Shown in pieces: positions 39,112-52,800 of a stretch of 64,000 nt of DNA. Position 1 is the first letter of the stretch, and each line of letters opens with the position of its first letter. The DNA is from Paragordius varius (taxonomy: Eukaryota; Animalia; Nematomorpha), in the NCBI GenBank assembly GCA_964247055.1, contig OZ176057.1:744001-808000 (forward strand), read 5' to 3'. Made by a program: the position numbers and the translations under genes. A model generated the notes under the pieces. The model was not told the DNA's origin. It saw nothing but the letters and a program-made list of their open reading frames with translations, and searched no databases.

Positions 39112-39864
39112 CTATCAAAAAAACCTAGACTAAATGTTTTTAACTGGTTAAAGATCCTATATCAGAGTTTTCATATATTGGGATTTTAAATTTTAGTATT
39201 AATAGAGCGTTAATGCATGAAAATTATTTCAATAATTTTCTATAAATATTTAAAATTTTAATATATTTCATGGAAAAATTTAGAGAGTTTTTGTCAAAAA
39301 GCGGTTTTAAACAATAAAACTATTATGAATGATTATTTCGCTTATTTCAATGAATAAAAAATTGTTTTATTGTGTATAATTTTTTTTGATTTTTTGTATA
39401 AATTATTTAATCATAAAATTATTACATGATATAAAAAATAATTGTATAAATATCAAAAAAAATTAATTATACTTATATCTGCTTGTGTTGCATCCTGGGT
39501 GATTTTGGCTCTTTGTGATTCACTTACTATAAAAATGCAAATGATAAATACAGTAAAAATTGAAAAATATACCAAATAAATGTAAAAATTAAGTAGACCA
39601 AAAATATTTTTTCTAAAAGACATCCATATTTTTTAAACCATTTTTTGGGGGCGTCATAAAACATGAAATAGAGATCACACAATTAACAAATTAATTTTAT
39701 AGCCCTATTTTATACATTTTTAATTTTTACTGAATTAAAGGTAAATCAAAACCCTGAAAATTCAAAAAAACAAAATTTATCAACAAAATTAAAAAAATAT
39801 AATAAATACTTTTAGCTTGAATCAATCCAATACCAATCGAAAGAATCAAATATGACAATAACAT
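34882..39864 (-). CDS. Micro-exon-containing secreted protein, 14 exons, 229 aa, no family recognised
   Basis: Exons 39864-39810, 39526-39473, 39069-38986, 38529-38410, 37849-37733, 37639-37586, 37424-37395, 37313-37302, 36486-36394, 36308-36297, 36201-36190, 35327-35316, 35240-35226, 34901-34882. All introns are GT-AG phase 1; total 690 nt, stop-free. Protein: MLLSYLILSIGIGLIQAK ISESQRAKITQDATQADI TCSYKINFEINTTQTFGIICITSQQALN EKYNESVVYGKLFSKDVNFFKSLGDTKAWIFVANATNTSL GPLKIHVYSSIDNFQTYKVESIKSEISNRILRIRRSPPQ TRQRLSTDQFGEMISLMT TLNQRIIMMQ DNIH ELHDQINTMQINTSQKSNSDNNRRRRPRPLI VTSW TWFM DLVR ACFIP ETQDED*. Exons 1-9 are well supported; exons 10-14 are more tentative. Confidence 0.72.
35805..36067. 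mobile_element. Tc1/mariner-type MITE (CAGTAAAAATTG family), 263 bp
   Basis: About 70-bp TIRs CAGTAAAAATTGAAATTATACGGACAAAATGTAAAAA...AAAAGACAACCATAC and the mirror image ending TTTTTACTG|TA. Confidence 0.8.
37022..37242. mobile_element. Small MITE-like element in an intron
   Basis: AATTCACCCTTAAAC ... GTTTAAGGGTGAAATT inverted ends; no TSD confirmed. Confidence 0.4.
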
Positions 39865-41516
39865 TAGTGGGGAATTTTAAGGATGTTGATAAAATATTTT
39901 ATTCAAAAATCTAATATTTTTTTGATATTACAAAATATCCCAAATATATATAGATGTATAAGGCAATGTGCAAATATTAATTATTATGCAATAAGTAAAT
40001 AAGCAAATCTATTTTTAAAACATTGTTTGTTAATTAAATACAAAGTCGGCCGGATACATTAATATACATATAATTCAAATATTTGTTTTAGCTATTGGCA
40101 ATCAAGAAAATTTTTCTATTTGCATATAAAAGTTAAAAAGTCCCATTTGTATTTAATTAATTGGGTCAATATGTATACATAAGCAATCAGCAATATACCC
40201 TTAATTTAAACAAATAAACCTTGAGTATTATAAGATTCATTTAAACAAATAAATCTTAACAATGATTTTACCTTATTAATTTAATAAGTCTTGAAACCAT
40301 ATTTCAACGCCAAAAATAATAAATATTTTACTACGGTTGCCAATACAACTTTGGTGTAATAGATTACCTTTTGGGGTTTGGTCTAAAATTATCCACTTTC
40401 GTAGGACCTCTCATAAAATAATTGCTTTCGCTTTTATGGAAATCACAAGGTTTATTAAACGATAAATGTTTCATAAAAAATTATCTTAACTTAGATACAA
40501 TACAATATTAGTTTAATAACTATGCATCTAATTTGATGTGCATGTTATCCAAATATAAATGAATTCAGCAACAAACATATTATATGTCCAAATTAGGGAT
40601 CAAAAGACTATTTTTATTTTTTAAAATGAGTTCGAGCTCAATTCCGAAAAAATCTTGGGTCACTTTGCATATACAGAGATTACACTTAACTGATTACAAG
40701 TAATCAGCTGTTTTAAAAGATTTTATATTTTTGAAAATTTTAGCAATTAAAAATCTAGATATATTTGTAATCAGATGAGGGGTTTAGAAATAAATGGAGA
40801 GTCAGTATTTATACTTTGGTTTATGCTAATTTTTGAATAACACCTGTTTAGGGTCAAATGAAACATAATAGAGTTATGTCCCAAAAGCCAAATACTTTGG
40901 TTTTATCACAATAACTTTACCAACAAATTTTAAATATTTTTTTACTAGAGTTTCATATTTTAAATCCTATTCGCAGTTGTTTATACGCTTTGCTGCATAT
41001 ATGTCGAGGAGGTTTATTAAAACACAAACTTATAAATTTAATATTTATATCATAGTTATTTTGATTCCTAAATGTTTTTCAATTGAAGATGCCTTCAAAA
41101 CAACTGACTTGTTCAAATAGCTTTTCCAATTTATAATTCTAATAGCTAATATCTGTCTAAAAATATTAAAATCTAACTTTTTAAATTTGAGACACTATAA
41201 ATCAGGTAAAAAACCCAGTTATATCTTATAAGCGAGAGACATGATTTTACATGAAAATTTAGTCAATATATACATTCAAGGTATCATTGTTTTTACTTAT
41301 TTATATGTTAGAGTGCTAAACAATAAGATAACAACCAAATTTTTAGTTTTTCAAGTTGTTCGACCTTATTTATCTAGGGCAAAACGTACAAATATAAAGA
41401 CAAATATTTTTTTCTAATAGACACCCATACTTTTTGAATTTTAAGATAACTCATTTCAAACTATAAAGTGGTAATTAAAGATATAAAATTATAACATATG
41501 TAATTTATATATTAAA

Positions 41517-43085
41517 GTGATCCACATATGTGGAATATTTCGAAACATTATTTGATCTGATAGGAATTTTAAAAAGGTGCATACCATACTAATTTATTGT
41601 GTACTTGGGGGAAAAATCGATTTAAAAAATTATTTTTGCGGACTTTGTTTTGTAAAAGAATGGCATACGGGGCGAGCAGGTAAAAAGAGGGCCTAAATCA
41701 AAAAAGCGAGACGACTATGATCGGTTTCAATCGAAAATAACAAAACAAAAATCATATTTGATGCATAATCCAACACGTTCTCCAGAATATTGTCTCAAAC
41801 ACACGTTTGTGGACTTCTGTTTTTAAAAATCCCGTTTTTCACACGGGGTGGGCCCCAACTGGAGGCCTATTTCAAAAAAAGGGCGAAGCTATTGTCGGGG
41901 CATTCATTAATGATTATATTTTTTCCGAAGTTTGGATTTGAATGGTTCTACCGGTTTCCCAGTACTAGATCACAAAGCCAGCATTTTCCATTTTTATAAA
42001 TATATAGATTACCACAAATAATGTTTTATTATCCATATATTTACATCCTATACATATGATAGATACTCCTTACCCGCAGCTCATCAAAGAAACGCTTGAC
42101 TAAAATTTTTGCCTTTTAACGGGGAATACGTGGAATCCATATTGAATTTTTACGGTCTCACACCTAGGGCAAAAAATAGATTTAAAAAATTATTTTTGTG
42201 GACTTTGTTTTTTGAAAAAAAATGGCATTTTACGGGGGTAGCGGATAAAAAGAGGGCCTAAATCAAAAAAGTGAGTCGATGTTCGGCGCAAAAATAAGTA
42301 AACAAAAATCATATTTGAAATTGAATGGTCCATCACGTTCTCCAGAAAATTGTCTCAGAGACACGATTTTAGACTTCTGTTTTCAAAAAAACCCGTTTTT
42401 CACACGGGGTGGGCCCGAACTGGGGGCCTATTTCAAAAATCAGGCGAAGCTATTGTCGTGGCATTCATCAATGATTATATTTCTTCGAAGTTTGGATTTG
42501 AATGGTTCTACCGGTTTTTCGGTGCGAGATCACAAAGCTAGCATTTTCCATTTTTATAAATATATAGATTACCATAAATAATATTTTATTATCCATATAT
42601 TTTTTAACATCCTATACATATGATAGATACTCCTTACCCAGCAGCTATCATCAAAGAAACGCTTGACTAAAATTTTTGCCTTTTAACAGGGAATATGTGG
42701 AATCCATATTGAATGTTATTTTGAAAAAAATGGCATTTTACGGGGGGAGCGGGTAAAAAGAGGGCCTAAATCAAAAAAGCGAGACGACTATGTTCGGCGC
42801 AATCGAAAATAACTAAACAAATCATATTTGATATTGAATGGTCCAACACGTTCTCCAGAAAATTGTCTGAAAGACACGATTTTTGTGGACTTCTGTTTTC
42901 ACAAAAAAACCGTTTTTTACACGGGGTGGGCCCGAACTGGGGGCCTATTTCAAAAAACAAGCGAAGCTATTGTCGTGGCATTCATTAATGATTATATTTC
43001 TTCGAAGTTTGGATTTGAATGGGTCCACCGGTTTTCCGGTACCAGATCACAAAGCCAGCATTTTCCATTTTTTAAAATATATAGA
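41517..43085 (-). repeat. Three head-to-tail copies of the Helitron 5' end
   Basis: On the - strand, A|TCTATATATTT..AAAATGGAAAATGCT restarts at 43085, 42568 and 42008 (periods 517 and 560 bp). The last unit continues into sequence specific to the short Helitron form (compare 53780-53880). Confidence 0.85.
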
Positions 43086-43521
43086 TAATATATATATATA
43101 TATATATATATCATAACACACTTTGCCATTTCAAACAATGAGTTTAACTAAAAAAATCAAGATTTAAAAATTTTCATTGTGGTGAAAAATATTTGTCTTT
43201 ATATTTTTACGTTTTGTCTATATAATTTCAATTTTTACACTATATCTTGTGGTATCAAAATTCATTTTAATAAATTCATTCAATTATAGCTAGATAATTC
43301 CAATATTAATAAAATAACGTTTCAGCGTAAACAATATCCAATAATTTTCTTTATGTTTTTAACAATTTGTCTGTATAATTCTAATTTATACGTTGGGATG
43401 AAACACATCTCATCCTACTATTTGGGTTGTGCTGGTTTTCGAATGTAATTAAGAAATGGTAGATCTATTATCTACTTTAAACTCATTTCTGATTATTTTA
43501 AGTGTTTTTGTTATTTTTTAC

Positions 43522-43522
<1 letters not shown>

Positions 43523-43568
<46 letters not shown>
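43523..43568. repeat. (TAGA)n microsatellite
   Basis: About 11 perfect tetranucleotide units. Confidence 0.95.
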
Positions 43569-43569
<1 letters not shown>

Positions 43570-45477
43570 TATAATTTCGTTTTATGTTTCATCGGCGTTT
43601 TTTGTACAAATATTTTCTTTTATGTTCAATACTGAATTGTTAGATAATATTAAAGGTATATTATTGTTTGAACATCTATTTCTTAGCTAGCTGGCAATAA
43701 TATATTTACGTAAGTTACAACGCGAAATATCAAGATAAATATACAGTAGAGAAATAATATAGGCCATTTTGGTACCTTTATAATGGCTAAATAGATATTT
43801 AAATAATTGCAAACATGATAATTACGTTTATTCTACATTAGCAATTAAAATAAAAGCCCTTTAAGCCAATAAAAATTCCAAAATCACCAATAAAAATTCT
43901 CCTTACTTTGCGTTAAAAAATGAGCTTAATCAAATAAAACGATACTGATATATATCTCTAATTAATCAGAGAAAGGGGCTTATTTACGTTTTTTTGTTTA
44001 ATCTTTAAATAAAAAAGCCTTTTAAAATATTTTCACTTAGCAAAATTTGTTAATATGAACATTTTATTCTCTATAATAATTGCATTAGTGATTGGAGCAT
44101 ATTCCAGGGTTTCCACTTTAAAAAGTATGTATGCATATATATATATATATATTTCAAAAAATGTTTTTTAGTTATTTTTTGGATTTTAATTATATTTAAG
44201 GGTGATTAGCACAAAAGGCTTCGCGGGCCCCATTTTAAAATATGGGCATCCATAAAACAAATTTTTTTTGTGTAATTTAATAAGAAAAATTATTATAACA
44301 TTACATCTACTATTAAAATCAACAATCATTTGCACTTAAATTTTAAAAATATATTTTATAGTTATATTTTTTTTTTCGTGGACCTTATGCTGACACCCCC
44401 CTGAATTAAATCATTATATTATTATCAAAAGCCAATTCTAACTTTTTCGTAGCTAAGAATTTTAGCACCTATATGTAGTTGTGAATAATTTATATAACAA
44501 ATTATATTTTATTAGGTGGAAGTGGGAATGAACAATTGCCGGTGTCAAATATGGACGACGGAACAACTAATATGCAAGATAGAGTAAAAATTGAAATTAT
44601 ATAAAAGACAAAATCTTAAAAGATAAATTTTTAATTTTTTGAAAAAGACAGCTATAGTTTTAACCTTGTTTACCATGTATAAAATATATAAGTTAATTTT
44701 GAGATGATATAAGTGAAAATAATGCCAATTTACATCTCTATTTTCAATATTGAAACCCATATTAAATGAGTTTCCAAAAGCTTACTTTGTGAAAAAATAT
44801 TTACATTTTAGTTTTTACATTTTATCTGTATAATTTTACAATTTTTATTGTAATTATTAAAGTGTCAAGAATTTTCGCGAAGGTCGGTAAAACCACTCTG
44901 TAGAAAGAAGTAAATCATTTTTTAATATCACCAGATTTAATGACACCCAAAAAGAAACAATGAATTTGGCTTATCCTGTCCTAAAATCTGATGGTTTGTT
45001 TAATTTATTTTTTTATTTTTTTTTATTTAAATTTTTCAGTTCAATGAATATGCTATACTTTCTCATCCATAAATTAAGAAATTAAAACGCCAAAACTTAA
45101 AAAATAAAACAATATTTTTATAAAAAAAATTTTTCACCTTGGTTTTAACATAATTTTGTATTTAAATCTATGAATGGGGTCATTCAGTTAATATTTGTAT
45201 ATACATTTTATGTTTTTTTTAAATTTTTCTCTGGCCAATTAGATTAATAAAACGGAACGGCTTATAAGAGTTAGGCAGTGAAAATTGAAATTATTTAGAC
45301 AAAACCAAAATAATAACCATACTTTTTGAACTTTAATTTTTACCATACAAAACATAAATTATACATTTGAATATAATTGAGTGGGTGAACTAACATCTAT
45401 AACTCTTTTCGTTATTTTACAACTTAAAATAATTATTTTTATTTTTAAAAAAAATACTAAAAAATTAAAATTATTAA

Positions 45478-46034
45478 CACTTCGATTCAAATTAGGGTAT
45501 CTAAATACCCCAGACTAAATTTGAGTTAGAATTTTTAAAAAATTACTGAAGGAAACGGTCCCAATTTAAATTTATGCTTCTATCCTAATAAAAATTATAT
45601 AAAGATTCCAAAATATCTAAATAAAATTTTGTTTTGAAAAAAAAAGTTCCATGTCAAACTACTTTGACGCCATTTTTATTTTATGAAATATTGGCAAAAT
45701 ATCGTTTTCATTTAATTTAAAGGGTAAAATTAAAGCTAATTTTTTATTTAAATTTTTTTTAACATTGATAGAAATAAAAAAAGCGGTTTATTTTGTATAA
45801 TTTTTCAATTTTACCATTGCACACATGTCAAGTTGACTAAATTTTTCCCTTTCGGTTTTAGCTTAAAATATGTAATATCAAGTATTTTTGAATAAATTTT
45901 TTTATATATTTCGGTTTATTAATGTTGTATAAGTGCAAAATTTTCACATGGTTTTGATTCCTTCCATATCTTTGAAAAATTTAAATTTTAAACAGGCCTG
46001 GGGTATTTAACTACCCCAATTTGAATCGAAGGAC
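45478..46034. mobile_element. piggyBac-type MITE, degenerate
   Basis: TTAA|CACTTCGATTCAAATTAGGGTATCTAAATACCCCAG is mirrored by CTGGGGTATTTAACTACCCCAATTTGAATCGAAGG. A solo related end lies near 62129-62168. Confidence 0.6.
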
Positions 46035-46915
46035 TAAAATGAATGTGTTGTATCCAAGTGTTAAAACAGTAAAAACTAAAAAGATAACCATACATTCCCA
46101 TAGAACACATAAATTATAAATTTAATATGTATAATTGAGTGGGTGCAAAACTAACATCTCTCTTTATTTCTATTCATTTTGCAACTCTTAACAAAATTTC
46201 GAGAAAAAGGCATAGTAGTATTTGTTTAAAAATTTGTCTTTTTATTTTTTACGTTTTGTGTGTAAAATTTCAATTTTAAATCTGTTATATGAATATTTTG
46301 AGATATTGTTCATATAATTATGCGAAAAAACAAAATCCTTATTTTTCTTAAATGAAATTTCGGTAAAAACTTTTTTACAAAACCAAATAGCTACATTTAA
46401 TAGGTTAAAATGTAAATACCAGGCAAATATTTTTATTTAAAAAACCATATTGTCATGACCTTGTTTTTTTAATTATAACTCTAGGTTGCAAAAGGTGATT
46501 AGAGATGTTTTGTTTGAACACTCAAGTATATATATAACCTCAAAATTGTAATTATATAATTTCAAGGTTTAAAATACTATGCTTGTATTGTTAAAACATA
46601 TATTTGCCCAGTATTTACATTTGGGTTGGATAATTTATAAAAATTTTCTACTGTATATAGCTAACAAGTCATCTTTAATTAATTTTGTTAATTTTAATTA
46701 TGTTTATTAGGTGGGCTATCGCTTGTTACATGGATAAGAAATGAACCGAACGTATTAATCAATGAAACGTTATGGGTAAAATTTAAATTTTATTTTTTAC
46801 AAAGTATTAAATATCACTAAAATTCAAATAAACAGAAATATGCTTTTTTTAAAAAGGTGTTTTCTTTTAATCCGAGCATTGAAAATATATTCAATAACTT
46901 ATTACAAATTGAATA

Positions 46916-47185
46916 CAGTGAAATTTTAAATCATACGGATAAAACGGAAAACCAAAAGATAATATTTTATCAAAGGACAACCATGCTTTTTAGTACCGCT
47001 ATTTTTTTTACCTAAAAATTATGTAATTAAAATCGTTAAACTATTGTATTACCAATTTACACATCCATCTATTGGCAAAAATGAGTTATATTGATAAAAA
47101 GTTGTTATGATTGGAAAAATATGGTGTTGTCTTTTTTCCAAAATGTGATTTTTACGTTTTGTCCATATAATTTCAATTTTTATCT
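46916..47185. mobile_element. Tc1/mariner-type MITE (CAGTAAAAATTG family)
   Basis: TA|CAGTGAAATTTTAAATCATACGGATAAAACG...GACAACCATG is mirrored by ATGGTGTTGTC...ACGTTTTGTCCATATAATTTCAATTTTT. Confidence 0.7.
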
Positions 47186-47601
47186 AATTTTTCTATCTAT
47201 ACAATGTATGTCAGTTATGTCCCCAAAGTCCCATTCTTAAAATTTCAAAAACAATGTGTCAACTTCGTACACTATCAACCCTAAATACGAAAATGGAGAA
47301 AGCCGATATATTTACACTACATAAATTTCTTCCCACGTAAGCAGCAATTTTAAAAATAAAAACAAAATTAATAAGTATTTATATATTATACAAAAGAAAA
47401 ATGATATAATTTGATAAAAGCGTTAAAATAATAAGTCAAGTCGTTTATAAAGAAAAAAATCAATGTTTGTAAAATACTATATATTTTTGCAAAAAATTTT
47501 CTTTATTTTTACATAATTTTAACAAAATATGTACGTAAATTGCAATTTTAAGGCAAAAAATCCAAAATTTATAAATTTTAAACATTTAATATTTTTATAA
47601 G

Positions 47602-49857
47602 TTCGCACGGCTTCTGAAACCTTGAATAGTTGGGCGCGGACTCTTGAAGCTGAAAAATGTATATTCCAAACGTTCTAATATAACCAAAATCTAAGTTTGA
47701 TTATTGTATTTATTTAAACTTCTCTAAAAATTTGCCAAATTATGATAACACTGTTTAAGGCAAATTTGATTTTCTTTGTTCATTGGAAAAATGTTGGCCT
47801 GTAGCCAGCTTATCTTCTTTGAAAAAATGTAGCGGATATCTAATTTAACTAACTTTTATTTCGATTTAGAAATACATTGTTAATATGAATCAAATAAGAT
47901 TGAAATCCTTTATATTATTATACAGAGTTGCCATAATTTTCATTTAAAAAACATTAATGCTAAAAAAATAAACATTTTTTCAAAGTTTATTGGGCAAAAT
48001 ATTGTGATTTTTGGCACCCTATTATAGATCTGCGATGTGGGTTTCCAAACAATGTCAATTCAATTTTAATTTTTATATTAAATTTATGTAATTTAGATAT
48101 ATATTATATTATACTTGACTTTTTGACTAAAAAATTTTGAATTCTTTCTTTAACATTAAACCAGGGGCGGATTGCATTTTTGGGTTAAAAAATTTGACGG
48201 GCCGGACTTGCATATATGGGCCTTAACAAATATTTAATTAGATTATAAATATAGGACTGTAAAACTAGTATTTATTTTAACATTTTTTCCGCTAGATTTC
48301 AATGTCAAAATTTGGAAAGATTAATTAAGAAGTTTGTTAAACTAAATCAATCTTAATGAGATTTTGTAAAATTTTGTAACTAAAATCTCTTCTAGGCTAC
48401 AGAGATATTTTGGAGGGCCGCGTGTATCATACACCCCTGTTATCGACATAATCTCTCAAATTATATAAATTCTCAATATTAACCATTACGTCGAAGATTA
48501 AATCTGAATTGGAACCATTTTTAAACATAAGTTTTTAGGATTTTTTTGATTATATTATCTTTTTTGGCTGTTGGAAAATACAGTCCGCTAACTTGAAACA
48601 TAATTAAATGTAACAAACATATAAATAAAATGTATGGTTACATAAATTAGAAAAATATAACAATAAAAAGACAACCATTTTTTTAAAATGACAACTATAC
48701 TCTTTCAAACCTTGATTTTTGCCATATATAAATTTAACTAAATAAGAATTTCGAATTATATAATCGATTTAAATTTTTATTTTATACTGCAAAAACCGAA
48801 ATTTGAGTTATGTATGTTCAATGAAATTACGGTCTATAAAATATGGTTGCCTTTATTAATTTTTTTAATGTTTTCTTGTTTATCTGTATGAACTCTATAT
48901 ATATATATATATATATTAATATAGCCCAATAGGTATGTTACTTTAAAATTATCTAATTTTATATTTAGCTATCAATTACAAGGTTTATTCTAATTCGTAT
49001 TATTTACTTCAAACATGGAATTTATGATAATATTCTCTTAATTTTAGATTAGACATGCATGTCATGAAAACATCAAAGCTAATCCTTATCGGACCTGTGC
49101 CCAATCTGATCTTAAAAAGTATTTAATTTTTAATGTAAAAAAATTAGAGTACCTGTCATTAAACACTTTAAGTGGATTACTCCATTAAACATTATAAGTT
49201 GCTCTTTATATTTATTAAGTTAGTATTTTAAAATTTATTTAGCCCACAGTCTTAATAAATAATGTGGTTCATTCATATAACCTCCTCAAGACAAGCTCTT
49301 CTCAAATTTATAAATAATTATAATCTATAATTAATTTCGCATAAAAATATCTAATATAGGGATTATTTACAGTTCAAAATTATTAATTGAAAATATGATT
49401 GAGTATAGATATAATATAAAATAACAGATTTTTATGTGAAATTGTTTATTTAAAAAAGTTTGATTCTGTGATGATATATTAATACGTGTATCATAATTTA
49501 AATCTGAATTTAAGACTAACTTAAATTAAGAAATTCAATGTATTTAAGGAATCTACTAAAATATTTAAGGACTATACGTGTTAAAGGACACTCTCACAGT
49601 GCAAATGTTATATAATAGTTAGGATAATAATTATAAACCAGAATATTTTATAACTTTTAATAACCTAATATAAACCTTAAGATTCATTTAATATGCATAT
49701 ATATGATGTATATCATATGAAAACTCTCTTTTGTTTATATTTTACTAAGTAATTTATTGGAAGAGGAAAAATGCACATTTCGAAAGATATTATCCAAAAT
49801 AAATTTTATCCATACATATTTAATAAGCAATAAATTAGATTTAAAAACGTATACAAC

Positions 49858-49891
<34 letters not shown>

Positions 49892-52800
49892 CAGGATTTT
49901 ATGCCATTTATTTTTTAATTAATTATTTAGTTATAGTACCCTAAAAACTTAGAAATTATTTTTATTCAGATACCTTATTTACTAACATTAATGCCTTTTT
50001 AGACGATTCAATGCGTCAGATATATCACAAATCATAACTGATACTGTAACCATAGACGAATTAAGTATGATTGAATGTTAAATGCATTTTCATCTTTTAT
50101 AAATATTACGGTTATTTATATTACTGATCTATTAGCTTTAGGAGTTTTATTTATCGATATTTAAGTGCGATATTTGTGGTTTTATATCGAAAAGTCAAAA
50201 ATATCCATGAATTTAAATTATAAGTTTTGATATTTTTCTATAAATTTGATGGAAACATCTTACTATTTTTCAATCCAAATACGACAATCATCGAATGAAT
50301 AAAGCCATTTATAAAATTATTTATAAGATACTTTACTATAAAAAAAACTGAAGTTTGCATTTATGCAAATCAAACATAATTTAATATGATTACTAGATAA
50401 CAAGGAAAGGAATTCAATTATTTTGGAAGTTTAAGTTAATTTTCTCAACAGAAAAAAATAACTTTACACTGAAAAATTGAAAAAATTTAAAAGATTGGTT
50501 GTTTTCAGTATTATGTCAATCTTTTTTTTTAGTTTAAGGGACACTATCAACCAATCTGTATTTATTGTTGAAACATTAAAAAAGCCTGTGAAGTAAAATG
50601 GATCTTTTAATTTTGATTTTGTTAAAATGTAACATGTTTTAAAATCATCAATAAACATCCGTATATTTTCAAAACTAAATTGATTTACGATAAAACGTTT
50701 GTACTAGATTCTTAAATTAACACAAACAGCTCGATTAACTTTTTGAGTCAGCAGATGTACCGGGTGATGTAATGGAACTACATTCTAAATCAGGGTGTCC
50801 AACACAAATGGCTCGGGCCGCATTTTTTTATCAGAAAATTCGGCGGACCCGATTAGCAAAATATATGGGCATTAACAAATATTTTATTTAATTATTATAA
50901 GCATAAGAATGCAAAAGTACAATTTTAACATTTATTGCTAGTTTAATGAAATTTAGAAAGTTTTATTCATATAATTTGTTTGAAATCATCAATTTACATA
51001 GATTTCCTACAATTTTTGTATTTAAATTGCTCACGAGCTAAAATATTTTAGATGGCTTGTTGAACACCCTTGTCTAATCTAATTGCCTTAGAGATTAAAT
51101 ATTTATTAGATAAATAATTAACTTATATTTGTGATAGTACCTAAGTTTTAATTTCAACAATTAGTATCTTTTATATGTGCTTGCACATTAGCGAAGCTTT
51201 TTATTTTAACTTCTAAAAAAATTTAAATATATACTATTTATCTTTTTAATTTCATCCGGGATTTTTTAGATTCTTATACGAATGCCGCTTTATTCAATTA
51301 CTTTTAGCTTTTTGTATGTTTTATTTGGAAATCATACAGTACTGCGCTTTTTATTTTAATTTTTTTAGATTAGTTTACCCCATTTTTTAAGTTTCTTAAA
51401 ATATCCTTGTCTTTACAGTAAGTTTTAAATAATACTGACAAAACGTAAAAACATAAAGTATGATCGGTTATTTATATATTTTATGATTGTAATTAAATAA
51501 TTTCAATGTAAAAAATAAATGTTGAAAAAGTATGGTTGTATTTTATTATATCTTTTTATATTTAAGTTTGTATTCATAAGTTTTTACTGAAATTTTTAAC
51601 AATTTACATCTCCATTGCTAATTTTGTGAGCCGATATAAAATAGTATGGCTTTTTTATAAAAAAAGTATTTATTAATATTGCGGATTATAATTTAGTTAT
51701 ACGATTAAATGAATTTATTAAAGTGAATTTTTGTTACTACAAGTAATATCTTTGTTGAACGTAATAAAATTATTATAATGTCTCAACCAAAAAGTATTAT
51801 AAATGAGAAATAAAAGTAAAAAATACTAATATTTTTTTATATATTTTTTACGTTTAACAAAGATAGATTAAAAATTGGAATTGTACAGACAAAACGTAAA
51901 AATATAACACAAATACATACTTTTTCAATCCTTAATGTTTCCTATATAAGGTAAGATACTATTGTGATATATAAAAGTGTTAGTATATCTCTCTAAAACA
52001 CACTTCATTTCAAACTGAATATATTTGAAAATCAATATTTGAAAATTATCATTGTTTTTTTGACAAAAATATTTTTACGTTTTGTATACATACTTTTAAT
52101 TTTTACTGTATCCTTTGAAATATGTCGGATATAACGAAAACCCATAAATTCCATACAATACTTTTATAGGTTATATAAAAATGGTAAAATTTCAAAAAAT
52201 ACATTTTAACCTCTAAATTCTTTATATATTTTAGATAATACTCGACTTATCGGAAGCTTTCAATCCCTTAATACAAAGTATCCCTTCTACGTAAGTTACT
52301 ATTACAAACGCAAAATTTATTAATTTAAAACTAAATTAAATGGATTTATTAACGCAAAATTTCCGGGATTGCATAATAAAATTTTAATTATATGCTAGAT
52401 TATGACATTAAAAACAATTATTAAATGCACCCTTTAATCAAATTTAGTTTTTGAAATACTGTTGAATCGTATTTGGTATTTTAAGCCGGATGAAAACGGT
52501 AAAAATCATATTTTCACGCCTTCTGATATTAATTTGGGTCGTTGGTGGTGTGAAATTTAACATCTTAAGTTAAGAATAATTAATTTTTTTCAGTACTTTG
52601 CACTTTGAAAATAATATAAAGCTCAAAAATTTAGACAAATATGAGGGGAGCACAGGTGATAAAAATAAAATGATTCACAGTATGTGTAGATATACACATT
52701 GCTAATTTATTTATATATTCACCAAAGCGCTTTATAATTGGTTAATAACAATAAAAAGTGACAAAAATAGCTAAAATCCAATAAAACACCCTTTGTGATA

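Noticed and set aside
43646-43657. + strand 12-nt AG|ATAATATTAAAG|GT encoding DNIK, resembling the DNIH micro-exon
   Set aside because: No collinear neighbouring exons of a paralog were found, so a chance match cannot be excluded.
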